From assembly GCA_947626115.1 (NCBI GenBank), contig CANQQX010000005.1:1-53431 (forward strand): a DNA stretch of 53,431 nt. The letters are read 5' to 3'. A program made the position numbers and the translations under genes. Positions 8,916-18,783 of the stretch are shown piece by piece; position 1 is the stretch's first letter; the number at the start of each line of letters is the position of its first letter. The notes under the pieces were generated by a model that had not been told where the DNA came from, searched no databases, and saw only the letters and a list, made by a program, of their open reading frames with translations. This DNA is from an uncultured Bacilli bacterium. GTDB taxonomy: Bacteria > Bacillota_I > Bacilli_A > RF39 > UBA660.

Positions 8916-10427
8916 ATGAAAAGAATAAGTAAAAAAGATATAATGTTAATTATAGTGTTATTAATAAGCTTAACATTAATATATAAATTACCTAAGTTAC
9001 TAATAAATAAAAATAATCAAGAAATACCCGAAGTAAAATTAAAAGAAATTAAAGATCGTAAATCTTTTGCCATAATGGTACCTAATGAAAATGGAGATGC
9101 TTATGTAGAATATACTGAAGATACATGGCCAAGTGAAGGATATAAATATAAAGAAGCAAAATGTATAAATAATAATGGCGAGATAGTAGAGAATGCTATT
9201 ACTTTTGATAGTGAAACAAAAACAGTAATATTAGAAACTGATAAAACAGTAGCATGTACTCTATATTTTGATGCATTACCAAAAGAAATCTATATTAATT
9301 TAAGTTCTAAACCAGAAAATTTTGAAACTGAATATCGTGATAAGATAAAACAGATTGAATTTGTAAATTATATTGAAACAGATGATGCAACAGCAAGTTG
9401 GGATTTTTCTGATACTCAGAATGGTACAAAATCTGGTTCTGTAATGGGATGGGTAAAACCTATGGTGGATGATAATGAACATTATATTCTTTATATTGGT
9501 TGCACAAAAGAAAAAATAAAAGCCAAAATACTTGATAATGGTTTTTATGGAATGGCTGTTTTAGAAAGTATCAATTTTAATGATATGTTAGATACTAGTG
9601 AGACGACTTCAATGCAAAATTTGTTTAACTCATGTAAAAATCTTAAGAATGTGAATTCGATTACCAATTGGGATGTTTCTAATGTTGCTATAGGTAGCCT
9701 TTTTACTGACTGCGGGGTAGCTGGTATGTTTTCAGGTAGTGGCATCGAATCTGTTGATTTAAGTGGTTGGAATAAATATTTTCCATTGGATGTAATGTTT
9801 AGGAGCACGAATCTGAAGGAAATTAACTTAAGCAATTGGGATATTTATATAAATCGTGTAACTAGTAAAGTTGCTTTTTATGATGAAAGTGTTTTTAATA
9901 ATTTTTCACTACCTGTTGAGAAACTTATTTTAAATAATACTCATTTTGTGGTTGCGAAAACGAGCACTTCATATTCTTTTAATTATGTTGGGGCATTAAG
10001 TGGCTTAAAAGATTTAAAAGAAATATATTTAAATGGAGCTAAATTTGATCAGGCTGGTGATTTCGGTTTATTTCAACAATGTCCTAGTTTAGTAAAAGTG
10101 GAAATAAAAAATGCTAATATTGGGAATATGTCATCGTTAAATAAGATGTTTTATGCAAGTACTAAACTAGAAGAGATAGATTTAACCGGAAACGATACAT
10201 CGTATGTTAGCAATTTTGGATATATGTTTGGTAATTGTACTAGTATTAAAACTATTCATTTTGATAATTTCGCACATTCTAAAGCAACAAGCTCATCATC
10301 TTATCAATATATGTTTTATAATATACCAAAGACTGCGACAATATATGTTCCTACTAATGAAGTAAGTTGGATAAAATCTAGATTGTCTGAAAGCAGTAGA
10401 TCTAGTGTTACAGTAATTGGAGTCTAA
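8916..10427 (+). CDS. BspA/DUF285-type leucine-rich-repeat surface protein
   Basis: N-terminal TM. Repeats DTSETTSMQNLFNSC, NWDVSNV and DTSYVSNFGYMFGNC. Confidence 0.85.
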   Translation: MKRISKKDIMLIIVLLISLTLIYKLPKLLINKNNQEIPEVKLKEIKDRKSFAIMVPNENGDAYVEYTEDTWPSEGYKYKEAKCINNNGEIVENAITFDSETKTVILETDKTVACTLYFDALPKEIYINLSSKPENFETEYRDKIKQIEFVNYIETDDATASWDFSDTQNGTKSGSVMGWVKPMVDDNEHYILYIGCTKEKIKAKILDNGFYGMAVLESINFNDMLDTSETTSMQNLFNSCKNLKNVNSITNWDVSNVAIGSLFTDCGVAGMFSGSGIESVDLSGWNKYFPLDVMFRSTNLKEINLSNWDIYINRVTSKVAFYDESVFNNFSLPVEKLILNNTHFVVAKTSTSYSFNYVGALSGLKDLKEIYLNGAKFDQAGDFGLFQQCPSLVKVEIKNANIGNMSSLNKMFYASTKLEEIDLTGNDTSYVSNFGYMFGNCTSIKTIHFDNFAHSKATSSSSYQYMFYNIPKTATIYVPTNEVSWIKSRLSESSRSSVTVIGV

Positions 10428-10538
10428 TTTTTTTAAATAATTTTATATTTTGAATGATAATTCTTACTATAAAGATTAGTTAAAAAATATTTTTCTTGTA
10501 AATTTAATTATAATCATATATAATAATCAATACGGAAA

Positions 10539-11261
10539 GTGATGGTTATAATGAATACAAGACAAAGAGTAAATTTAATATCAAGATTAAGACAAAATAA
10601 AGTATCACAAGATAAAATTGATAAGTTATTTACTTTAACTGAGAAAGAATTAGATAAATTATATGCAATAAGTAATAATGATTTATTTATAAGTGAAGTA
10701 GCAAAGATATTAAATGCTAATAATGAAAAAAATAGTTTTTATCTAGAAAGTTTAGCAAAATATAAAAATAGATTTAGTAAAGAAGATTATGGGAAAGCTA
10801 TTAATATTATTAAAAGTTGTAAACAACAATATAATGCCAGATGTGCTTTTATCGCTTTAAAAAGTGAATTATTACAAGAACATAGTTTAAATATTAGTGG
10901 TGCTAGTATTATAAGTAGAGCAGATAAAGAAGTAAATGCTGAATATGCTTTAAGAATACTTAATATTCCAAGATTAATTGAATTAGGTCTTGCTATTCCA
11001 ATGGCTAGTTTAATTGTAGGGACTAAAAATAAAACAACATGTTTAAATATTATTAGAAATGTTTTAAAAAATGTTGAATTATATGAAGAAGTAAAAAATA
11101 TTATAGATAATATAACTATTTATTTAAGAAGAACTTTAATAACTGTCCCAGGTCATGAAGAAGAAGTAACTGATTTACTTAATGTATTTAATGAAATATT
11201 AGATAAACCTTTAATTGTTGCACATGTAAAAGAAGAGAAAAAGAAAATAAGAAAAAAATAA
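10539..11261 (+). CDS. Hypothetical helical protein
   Basis: 240-aa ORF with host-like codon usage. Probable start at ATG 10551. Confidence 0.7.
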   Translation: MMVIMNTRQRVNLISRLRQNKVSQDKIDKLFTLTEKELDKLYAISNNDLFISEVAKILNANNEKNSFYLESLAKYKNRFSKEDYGKAINIIKSCKQQYNARCAFIALKSELLQEHSLNISGASIISRADKEVNAEYALRILNIPRLIELGLAIPMASLIVGTKNKTTCLNIIRNVLKNVELYEEVKNIIDNITIYLRRTLITVPGHEEEVTDLLNVFNEILDKPLIVAHVKEEKKKIRKK

Positions 11262-11297
11262 TAATTAAAATAAAAATCACTTAATATTATTTATTAG

Positions 11298-11897
11298 GTG
11301 ATTTTTTTGATTAAATTAATTAAACATCGGGGTAAAAGTAATAAAAATATTAAAGAAAATACTTATGAAGCTATTAAGTTAGCTTTAGAAGATAATAAAT
11401 ATCTAGGAGTAGAATTTGATATAAGAGAAACTAAAGATCATGAATTTGTTATCTATCATAATTCCTTATTAAATAATAAATTAATTAGTAATTATTTATA
11501 TAGAGAACTACCTAAATTTATCCCTAGATTAAAAGATATCTTAAATATAGGTAGTTCTAAGATATTTTTAATTGAAATTAAAAATATCACTAGTATTGAT
11601 AAATTTATTAATTTACTAAAGAAATATCAAGATAAAAATATTTATGTGATGAGTTTTTCTAATAGTATTATAAATAAAATAAATAAGAGTAATAAAACTT
11701 ATAAAGTAGGAGTATTAAATTATGTTTTAAATACTAATAATGATATTAAAAAGTTGGATTTTTTAGTTATTTTAAATAGTATATTAGATGAAAATATTAT
11801 GAGTAGATTAAAAGGTTTAGAAATATTTTCTTATGGTATTTTAGAAAGTATCGAAGAATATAAATATAATAATGTTTATTATATTGTAGATGATTAA
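11298..11897 (+). CDS. Glycerophosphodiester phosphodiesterase family protein
   Basis: HRG, ENT, GVEFDIRETKD..VIYH and IEIK motifs. Confidence 0.88.
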   Translation: MIFLIKLIKHRGKSNKNIKENTYEAIKLALEDNKYLGVEFDIRETKDHEFVIYHNSLLNNKLISNYLYRELPKFIPRLKDILNIGSSKIFLIEIKNITSIDKFINLLKKYQDKNIYVMSFSNSIINKINKSNKTYKVGVLNYVLNTNNDIKKLDFLVILNSILDENIMSRLKGLEIFSYGILESIEEYKYNNVYYIVDD

Positions 11898-13030
11898 CGA
11901 TATCTAACTAAACTTCTAATTTTATTTTTATCATATTGCATACAAGATGGATTAAATTCAAGTATTTCATTTGGAATATTATCAAACATATATTTATTAG
12001 TGGTTTTAACTACTTTTAAAATATCTTTACTAATTAATGGATCAATCATAGTTTCATATATTTCTTTACATCTTTTAGTATCATGAAATCTATTATACAT
12101 AGTTGCATAATCTTTAACAGTAACTAAACCATTCATAGATAGTAAATATAGAAGAGTTTGATAATCTTCAGCAGTTAGTTTTCTATTTACAGATTTAGCG
12201 ATACATTCCATAATGTATTCTTTTTCTAATTCAGTTTGCACAGTTTTAAGCATATAGTAAATAAAATAAGATATATTTCGATTTTTAATTGTATCTTCAA
12301 TGGCATTATCATAATCTCTACCTTTAAAAGTAATACCACGATTAAAGATAATATAAGGGTAAGCTTTCTTATTTAAAAGATACCACATAGCAACTGTTCT
12401 AGAAGTTCTGCCATTAACATCAAAATATGGATGAATATATACAAAATAGAAATGTAATATTTGACTTTTAATATATTCATCTGTCATATTATCATTAAAT
12501 TCATTATTATTTAAAAATTCAAAATAGGCTTCCATAAATTCATCTATTCTACTCTCAGGTATTCCTTTATCTAGTTCATCAACATTTTTAGATATAATAC
12601 CACCCTTAACTATGTATACTGGAGCTGTACGATAATATGTACCCATTCTTGAAGCATCTTTCTCTTCTAGTAAATCTTTAGAAAGTATATCATATAATTC
12701 TTTTAAAGATTCTTCATTAATACTAGGATTATTTAAAATATAATTATAGCCATAATAAAGATTCATAATTCTTTTGACTTTTTTCTCGTCTTTACCATGA
12801 TATTTTTTGGCAATAACTTCTTCAATTAAATTGACATCGTCAGAGTAGCCTTCAATTTGGTTATTGGCTTTTAATTCATGGGAAAACATCACATCTCTTG
12901 CAAATAAAGATGAACATAAATGTGGTTCACTTTCGACGAAAGTTTCTAATTCTTCCCGTTTTTGAGCATAATATTTTTCATCGATTTTAAGTGGTATACC
13001 ATTTAAAAATTTTAAAGATAAATTAGTCAT
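11894..13030 (-). CDS. Fic-domain protein
   Basis: HPYFDVNGRTSR motif. N-terminal NNQIEG resembles the inhibitory-helix motif. Confidence 0.9.
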   Translation of the reverse strand: MTNLSLKFLNGIPLKIDEKYYAQKREELETFVESEPHLCSSLFARDVMFSHELKANNQIEGYSDDVNLIEEVIAKKYHGKDEKKVKRIMNLYYGYNYILNNPSINEESLKELYDILSKDLLEEKDASRMGTYYRTAPVYIVKGGIISKNVDELDKGIPESRIDEFMEAYFEFLNNNEFNDNMTDEYIKSQILHFYFVYIHPYFDVNGRTSRTVAMWYLLNKKAYPYIIFNRGITFKGRDYDNAIEDTIKNRNISYFIYYMLKTVQTELEKEYIMECIAKSVNRKLTAEDYQTLLYLLSMNGLVTVKDYATMYNRFHDTKRCKEIYETMIDPLISKDILKVVKTTNKYMFDNIPNEILEFNPSCMQYDKNKIRSLVRYR

Positions 13031-13167
13031 AAATTAATCCCCCTTTAAAAGTTAGTTGCTATTATAGCAGAAAAGTTTTTAAAAATAAATACTTAGTTGA
13101 CACTTTATTTTTTTAAAGTCCTACTAATTTAAATACTTTTATTGTATAATTTAAGTAGGTGATACAT

Positions 13168-14253
13168 ATGCGAGTTATTATTTCGGCTGGTGGTACAGGT
13201 GGTCATATTTATCCAGCACTTTCTATAATTAAAAAATTACAAGAAAAAGAAGCTTATTTAGAAGTATTATATATTGGTACTCATAATAGAATGGAAAAAG
13301 ATATTATACCTAATAATAATATTCCTTATGAAAGTATTGAAATATATGGTTTTAGTAAAAATATTTTAAAAGATTTTAAGAATGTTTATTTACTTTATAA
13401 AGCTTATAATAAATGTTTAAAGATAATGAAAGATTTTAAACCAGATATTGTAATTGGGGTTGGTGGTTATGTTACGATGCCCGTTATAATGGCTGCTAGA
13501 AAATTAAACATTAAAAGTGTAATTCATGAACAAAATATTATTCCAGGTAAAACTAATAAATATTTAAGTAGAGGTGTTGATGCAGTATTTACTTCATTTA
13601 AAGAAAGTGAAAAGTATTTTGATAAAGGTGTAAATTGTATTTATACAGGTCATCCATCTGGTGATAATGTTTTAACTTTAAAACCAATAAGAAAAGATGA
13701 ATTAGGTTTATCTAAAAATAAAAAATTAGTTTTAATTACATCTGGATCTTTAGGTAGTAGTGCGATGAATGAAAAGTTAGTAGAATTTCTAAACCTAAGT
13801 GGTAAAGAAGATTATGAAGTATTATTTATTACTGGTAAAGGAAATTATGAAGAATTTAATAAGAATAAATTTAACAGTAATATTAAAGTAATGCCTTATT
13901 TAGATAATTTAAGTGCTTTGCTCAAAAGTTGTAACTTAGTAATAGGTAGAGCAGGGGCAGGTACTATTAGTGAGTTACTGGTTGCTAGAGTTCCTAGTAT
14001 TTTAATACCTAGTCCAAATGTTGCTAATAACCATCAATATTATAATGCGAAAGCGATGCAAGATAAAAATTTGGCTATCATGATTGAAGAAAAAGATTTA
14101 GATAGTAAAGTATTATATGAAAGAGTTAAAGGACTTTTAAGTAATAATGAAGAATATCGCAATCTAAAAAATAATTTATATGAAAATATTATGCCATCTA
14201 GTAGTGAGAAAATATATGAGAAAATAAAGGAGATTATGAAAAATGCTAAATAA
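13168..14253 (+). CDS. murG: Undecaprenyl-PP-MurNAc-pentapeptide GlcNAc transferase
   Basis: GGTGGHIYP, GGYV, HEQN, GSLG, RAGAGT and HQYYNA. Confidence 0.97.
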   Translation: MRVIISAGGTGGHIYPALSIIKKLQEKEAYLEVLYIGTHNRMEKDIIPNNNIPYESIEIYGFSKNILKDFKNVYLLYKAYNKCLKIMKDFKPDIVIGVGGYVTMPVIMAARKLNIKSVIHEQNIIPGKTNKYLSRGVDAVFTSFKESEKYFDKGVNCIYTGHPSGDNVLTLKPIRKDELGLSKNKKLVLITSGSLGSSAMNEKLVEFLNLSGKEDYEVLFITGKGNYEEFNKNKFNSNIKVMPYLDNLSALLKSCNLVIGRAGAGTISELLVARVPSILIPSPNVANNHQYYNAKAMQDKNLAIMIEEKDLDSKVLYERVKGLLSNNEEYRNLKNNLYENIMPSSSEKIYEKIKEIMKNAK

Positions 14254-15118
14254 ATTTGGAGAAGTAATAGAAAATGCTTCATTAGAAGCTTATAATACTT
14301 ATGGTATTAAGACTAGTTGTAAGTATTTAGTTAAGCCAAAAGATGAAGAACAATTATATTTTTTAGTTGATTATTTACGTAAAAATAAAATTAAATATTA
14401 TGTTTTAGGTAAAGGCTCTAATGTTATTTTACCTGATAAACCTTTTGATGGGGTAATTATTAGTTTAGAATATTTTAATAAAATCAAAATTAATGGTCGT
14501 AATGTTAAAGCTGAAGCTGGTGTCGTTTTAGGCACTTTAGTTAAGGAATGCGTTAATAATAATTTAAAAGGATTTGAGTATCTAGCGGGTATTCCTGGTT
14601 CTTTAGGTGGTGCCCTATATGGTAATGCGGGGGTTAAAGATCATACTATTTATGATTATTTAAATGAAATAGTTGTTCTTAGAAATAATGAAATTGATAC
14701 TCTTGGTAAAGGTGATTTTGAAGTATCTTATCGTCATACCGAATTTAAAGATAATAATGATATTATTTTAAGAGCGTGTTTTTATCTTGATGAAGGAAAC
14801 AAAGAAGAATTAGAGAGTATTATCAAAGAAAATAGATTAAAAAGACAAAATAGTCAACCATTAGAATATAAAAATGCTGGTAGTGTTTTTAAAAATCCAG
14901 AAGGAATGTTTGCAGGTAAATTAATTGAAGATGCCGGTCTTAAAGGCTATTGTATAGGTGATGCCCAAATTTCCGAAAAGCATGCTAATTTTATTATTAA
15001 TAAAGGAAATGCAACAAGTGAAGATATTAAAAAGTTAATAAAAAAAATTCAAGAAGAAGTAAAAAATAAATTTAATGTAGAATTAGAATTAGAACAAGTT
15101 GTAGTAGAGTGGGATTAG
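14243..15118 (+). CDS. murB: UDP-N-acetylenolpyruvoylglucosamine reductase
   Basis: GKGSNV, GIPGSLGGALYGNAG, AGSVFKNP and HANFIIN. Confidence 0.97.
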   Translation: MLNKFGEVIENASLEAYNTYGIKTSCKYLVKPKDEEQLYFLVDYLRKNKIKYYVLGKGSNVILPDKPFDGVIISLEYFNKIKINGRNVKAEAGVVLGTLVKECVNNNLKGFEYLAGIPGSLGGALYGNAGVKDHTIYDYLNEIVVLRNNEIDTLGKGDFEVSYRHTEFKDNNDIILRACFYLDEGNKEELESIIKENRLKRQNSQPLEYKNAGSVFKNPEGMFAGKLIEDAGLKGYCIGDAQISEKHANFIINKGNATSEDIKKLIKKIQEEVKNKFNVELELEQVVVEWD

Positions 15119-15119
15119 A

Positions 15120-15893
15120 ATGGATAAAAAAAAGAAAAAAAGAAAACTTAATACGAAAAGATTTTTTACCTTTTTATTTATTATAGTTTTATTAGGTATA
15201 GCTATCTATTATTTTAGTAATGTTCCAATAAAAAATATTAAAGTTGAAGGAAATTTCTATTTAAAAGATAACTATATTGCTAATTATCTAGATTTAAAAG
15301 ATGCTAAAATACTTACAGTAAGCAAGAGTAAAATTAAAAAGAAATTACTTGAAATAGATTTAATTAGTGATGTAAAAATATCGAAAAATTATTTTGGAAC
15401 ATTAAAATTAAAAATAACGGAAGATAAAATATTATTTTATAATTGGAATAATAAAAAAATAGTTTTATCTAGTGGAAGAGAAATTCCATATAATAAAGAA
15501 TATTTGGGAGTACCTACTCTTATTAATTATGTTCCAGATGATATATATAAAGAATTTATAGAGAAATTAAATAAAATAGATAAAGAAGTATTAAGTTTAG
15601 TTAGTGAAATAGAATATAGTAGATCAATGATTAATGATAAAGTTATTGATGATAAAAGATTCTTATTTCGGATGAATGATGGAAATCAAGTATATATTAA
15701 TACGATTAATATTGAAAAATTTAATGATTATTTAGAAATATATGATGCCATTGAAAATAAAAATGGTGATACTAAAGGATGTTTATATTTAGATAGTAAT
15801 AGTGAAAATAATCATTTTAATAATTGTGAAGAAGATAAAATAGTAAATCCTGAAGATACAGATGAAGAAAAGGATGAAAACAATGAAGATTAA
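15120..15893 (+). CDS. ftsQ: Cell division protein FtsQ/DivIB
   Basis: Basic tail, single TM, POTRA-like region (IKVEGN) and MNDGN. Follows murB. Confidence 0.85.
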   Translation: MDKKKKKRKLNTKRFFTFLFIIVLLGIAIYYFSNVPIKNIKVEGNFYLKDNYIANYLDLKDAKILTVSKSKIKKKLLEIDLISDVKISKNYFGTLKLKITEDKILFYNWNNKKIVLSSGREIPYNKEYLGVPTLINYVPDDIYKEFIEKLNKIDKEVLSLVSEIEYSRSMINDKVIDDKRFLFRMNDGNQVYINTINIEKFNDYLEIYDAIENKNGDTKGCLYLDSNSENNHFNNCEEDKIVNPEDTDEEKDENNED

Positions 15894-16491
15894 TTATGAT
15901 AAAAAATTAGAAGAATTACTTCAAAACTTAGATTATAAGCCAAAATTATTACTTCATAGTTGTTGTGGTCCATGTTCATCTTATGTAATTACTTATTTAA
16001 AAGATTATTTTGATATAACTATTCTTTATTATAATCCTAATATTGAACCTAAAAGTGAATATGAAAAAAGAAAGAGTGAACAAATAAGATTAATTAAAGA
16101 ATTAAATTTACCTAATGTAAGAATTTTAGATATTGATTATGATAATGATACTTATAGGGAATATATTAAAGGTCATGAAGAAGATAGAGAAGGTGGTGAA
16201 AGATGCCATCTATGTTATCGGTTAAGACTAGAGAAAACTGCTAAAGTTGCTAAAGAAAATAATTATGAGTATTTTGGAACTACTCTTACAGTAAGCCCTT
16301 ATAAGAATGCCGAAGTTTTAAATAAAATTGGCGAAGAGTTGTCTAATATTTATAATATAAAATGGTTATATAGTGATTTTAAGAAAAAAGATGGCTATAA
16401 GAAATCAATTGAACTATCACATAAATATAATTTATATCGGCAAGATTATTGTGGCTGTGATTTTAGTAATTATCATAATATTGAAGAATAA
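15883..16491 (+). CDS. queH: Epoxyqueuosine reductase QueH (DUF208)
   Basis: LLLHSCCGPCS, YNPNI, RCHLCY and YRQDYCGC. Confidence 0.93.
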   Translation: MKINYDKKLEELLQNLDYKPKLLLHSCCGPCSSYVITYLKDYFDITILYYNPNIEPKSEYEKRKSEQIRLIKELNLPNVRILDIDYDNDTYREYIKGHEEDREGGERCHLCYRLRLEKTAKVAKENNYEYFGTTLTVSPYKNAEVLNKIGEELSNIYNIKWLYSDFKKKDGYKKSIELSHKYNLYRQDYCGCDFSNYHNIEE

Positions 16492-16508
16492 AATTTATTT
16501 AATACTAT

Positions 16509-16560
16509 AAAAAACCAGCGGTATATCGGATGTTTCACCGAATAGTCCTACTGGTTTTCT
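16509..16560 (-). ncRNA. Candidate ~52-nt hairpin RNA (also usable as the queH terminator)
   Basis: Bulged hairpin AAAACCAG...CTGGTTTT directly downstream of a minus-strand TTGACA-18-TGaTATATT promoter (16596-16567). Confidence 0.4.
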
Positions 16561-16640
16561 TTTTAAAATATATCATAGATAAAATAAAATTGTCAATAAT
16601 TAGATTTTTTATTTAGAAATTAAATATAAGTGTTTTTTGC

Positions 16641-16669
16641 TTGTATTCAAGCATATAATTTGTTACAAT
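16641..16669 (+). promoter_or_regulatory. rpsB promoter
   Basis: TTGTAT-17-TACAAT with extended TG. Confidence 0.7.
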
Positions 16670-16697
16670 ATGTATGGCTTTAAAAGTCAAATAGACA

Positions 16698-16759
16698 TTA
16701 ATTTTTAGCCCACGCCGAGTGCTTAAATATATTTAAGTGGTAAGGGTATTAAAAATTAA
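16698..16759 (+). promoter_or_regulatory. Structured rpsB 5' leader (probable S2 autoregulatory element)
   Basis: Outer stem TTAATTTTTA-GCCC / GGGT-TAAAAATTAA and inner stem CTTAAAT/ATTTAAG. rpsB leaders are known to be structured. Confidence 0.55.
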
Positions 16760-16789
16760 GAAGAAAAACGAAAGGAAGAGTGATATTTT

Positions 16790-17848
16790 ATGGCCGTAGT
16801 TTCTATGAGTTATTTATTAGAAGCTGGAGTTCATTTTGGCCATCAAACTAAAAGATGGAATCCCAAAATGAAAGAATATATCTTTACAGCAAGAGAAGAT
16901 ATATATATTATTGACTTGCAAAAAACCCAAGAATTGTTAGAGGTTTCATACAATGAAATCAAAACAATTGCGGAAAATGGTGGAAAGTTCTTATTTGTGG
17001 GAACTAAAAAACAAGCACAAGAAGTTTGTGTTGAAGAAGCTCTACGTAGTAAATCTTTCTATGTAACTGAAAGATGGTTAGGTGGAACTCTTACTAACTT
17101 TAGAACTATTCGTCGTCGTGTTAAGAGACTTGAAGAAATCGAAAACATGGAGAAAGATGGTAAATTTGAAGTTTTACCTAAAAAAGAAGTTATCGGTTTA
17201 AAGAAAGAATATGATAAATTAAATCGTATTCTATGTGGTATTAGAGAAATGGATAAATTACCACAAGCATTAATCGTTGTTGATCCTAAGAAAGAATACA
17301 ACGCAGTTAAAGAAGCAAGAAAACTAAATATTCCGGTATTTGGTATTGTTGATACTAATGGGGATCCTGATGATGTCGACTTTGTTATTCCAGGTAATGA
17401 TGATGCTGTTAGAAGTATTAAAGTTATGCTTGGGGTATTAAATAATGCTATTTGTGAAGCTAATGGCTTAGAAATGGTTGATTACATTAGTGAGGAAGAT
17501 AAAAAAGGTACTTCTAAAGAAGAAACTAATATGGAAGAATTGATTAAATCAGAAAAATTTGATCAAGCTAAAAAAGATGATTCTGTTGAAGAAAAAGAAG
17601 TTAAAGAAGTAAAGAAAGCTCCTAAAAAAGAAGCAAAAGTTAAAGAAGAAAAAATAGAAGAAGTAAAAGAAGTAGTTGAAGAGAAAAAGGAAGAAAAACC
17701 TAAAAAGACTACTAAAAAAGAAACAAAAGAAGAAAAAGAAGATTTATCTAAAAAAACTTTAGTTGAGCTAAAAGCTATGGCTAAAGATGCTGGTATTAAA
17801 GGTTATAGTACCATGAAAAAAGATGAATTAATTAATAGTTTAAAATAA
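16790..17848 (+). CDS. rpsB: 30S ribosomal protein S2 with long C-terminal extension
   Basis: [20 protein letters not shown] and [10 protein letters not shown]. Glu/Lys-rich tail ends in a Rho-N-like helical domain. Confidence 0.98.
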   Translation: MAVVSMSYLLEAGVHFGHQTKRWNPKMKEYIFTAREDIYIIDLQKTQELLEVSYNEIKTIAENGGKFLFVGTKKQAQEVCVEEALRSKSFYVTERWLGGTLTNFRTIRRRVKRLEEIENMEKDGKFEVLPKKEVIGLKKEYDKLNRILCGIREMDKLPQALIVVDPKKEYNAVKEARKLNIPVFGIVDTNGDPDDVDFVIPGNDDAVRSIKVMLGVLNNAICEANGLEMVDYISEEDKKGTSKEETNMEELIKSEKFDQAKKDDSVEEKEVKEVKKAPKKEAKVKEEKIEEVKEVVEEKKEEKPKKTTKKETKEEKEDLSKKTLVELKAMAKDAGIKGYSTMKKDELINSLK

Positions 17849-17867
17849 AAAGGGAGGATGAAATTTT

Positions 17868-18746
17868 ATGGAAATTACTGCTAGTATGGTTAAAGAATTG
17901 CGTGAAACTTCAGGCGCAGGTATGATGGATTGCAAAAAAGCTTTATCTGAATGCAATGGTAATATGGATGAAGCAATGAATTATTTAAGAGAAAAAGGTA
18001 TTGCTAAATCTGCTAAAAAAGAATCTCGTATAGCAGCTGAAGGACTAGCTAATATCTTTGTTGATGGTAATAAAGCAGTTATTTTAGAAGTTAATTCTGA
18101 AACTGACTTTGTATCAAAAAATGAAGAATTCATTAATATGATTAATGTTATTGGTCGTGCACTTTTAAAAAGTGATGCTAAAACATTAGAAGAAGCCAAC
18201 GAAGTTGAAACTGAAAATGGTAAAGTTAAAGATTATATCGTTGCCATGGTTGCTAAAATTGGTGAAAAACTATCTTTAAGAAGATTTGAAATTGTTACTT
18301 TAAATGAAGGTGAAGTATTTGGTACTTACCTACATATGGGTGGCAAAATAGCTGCATTAACTGTTCTTAAAGGTGCAAATACAGATGTTGCTAAGGATGT
18401 AGCAATGCAAGCTGCTGCAATGAAACCATTATATTTAAATATTGAAGAAGTACCAGCAGATGTTGTTGAAAATGAAAGAAAAGTTCAAAAAGAACTTGCT
18501 ATGAATGAAGGAAAACCTGCTGATATTGCTGAAAAAATGGTTGAAGGTCGTATTAAAAAATTCTTTAAAGAAATTTGTTTAGTTGAACAACCATTTATTA
18601 AAGATGGTGATTTATCTGTAGCTAAATATGTTGCTAATAATAATGGTGAGGTAATTAAAATGGTTCGTTATGAAGTTGGTGAAGGCATGGAAAAAAGAAA
18701 TGATAACTTTGCTGAAGAAGTAATGAATCAAGTTAAAGGTGAATAA
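17868..18746 (+). CDS. tsf: Elongation factor Ts
   Basis: VKELRETSGAGMMDCKKAL and EVNSETDFV. Confidence 0.98.
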   Translation: MEITASMVKELRETSGAGMMDCKKALSECNGNMDEAMNYLREKGIAKSAKKESRIAAEGLANIFVDGNKAVILEVNSETDFVSKNEEFINMINVIGRALLKSDAKTLEEANEVETENGKVKDYIVAMVAKIGEKLSLRRFEIVTLNEGEVFGTYLHMGGKIAALTVLKGANTDVAKDVAMQAAAMKPLYLNIEEVPADVVENERKVQKELAMNEGKPADIAEKMVEGRIKKFFKEICLVEQPFIKDGDLSVAKYVANNNGEVIKMVRYEVGEGMEKRNDNFAEEVMNQVKGE

Positions 18747-18761
18747 TTAATATATATTAAG

Positions 18762-18783
18762 AAGCACAAAATTGTGCTTTTTT
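18762..18783 (+). terminator. Intrinsic terminator after tsf
   Basis: AAGCACA-AAAT-TGTGCTT plus T-run. Confidence 0.75.
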
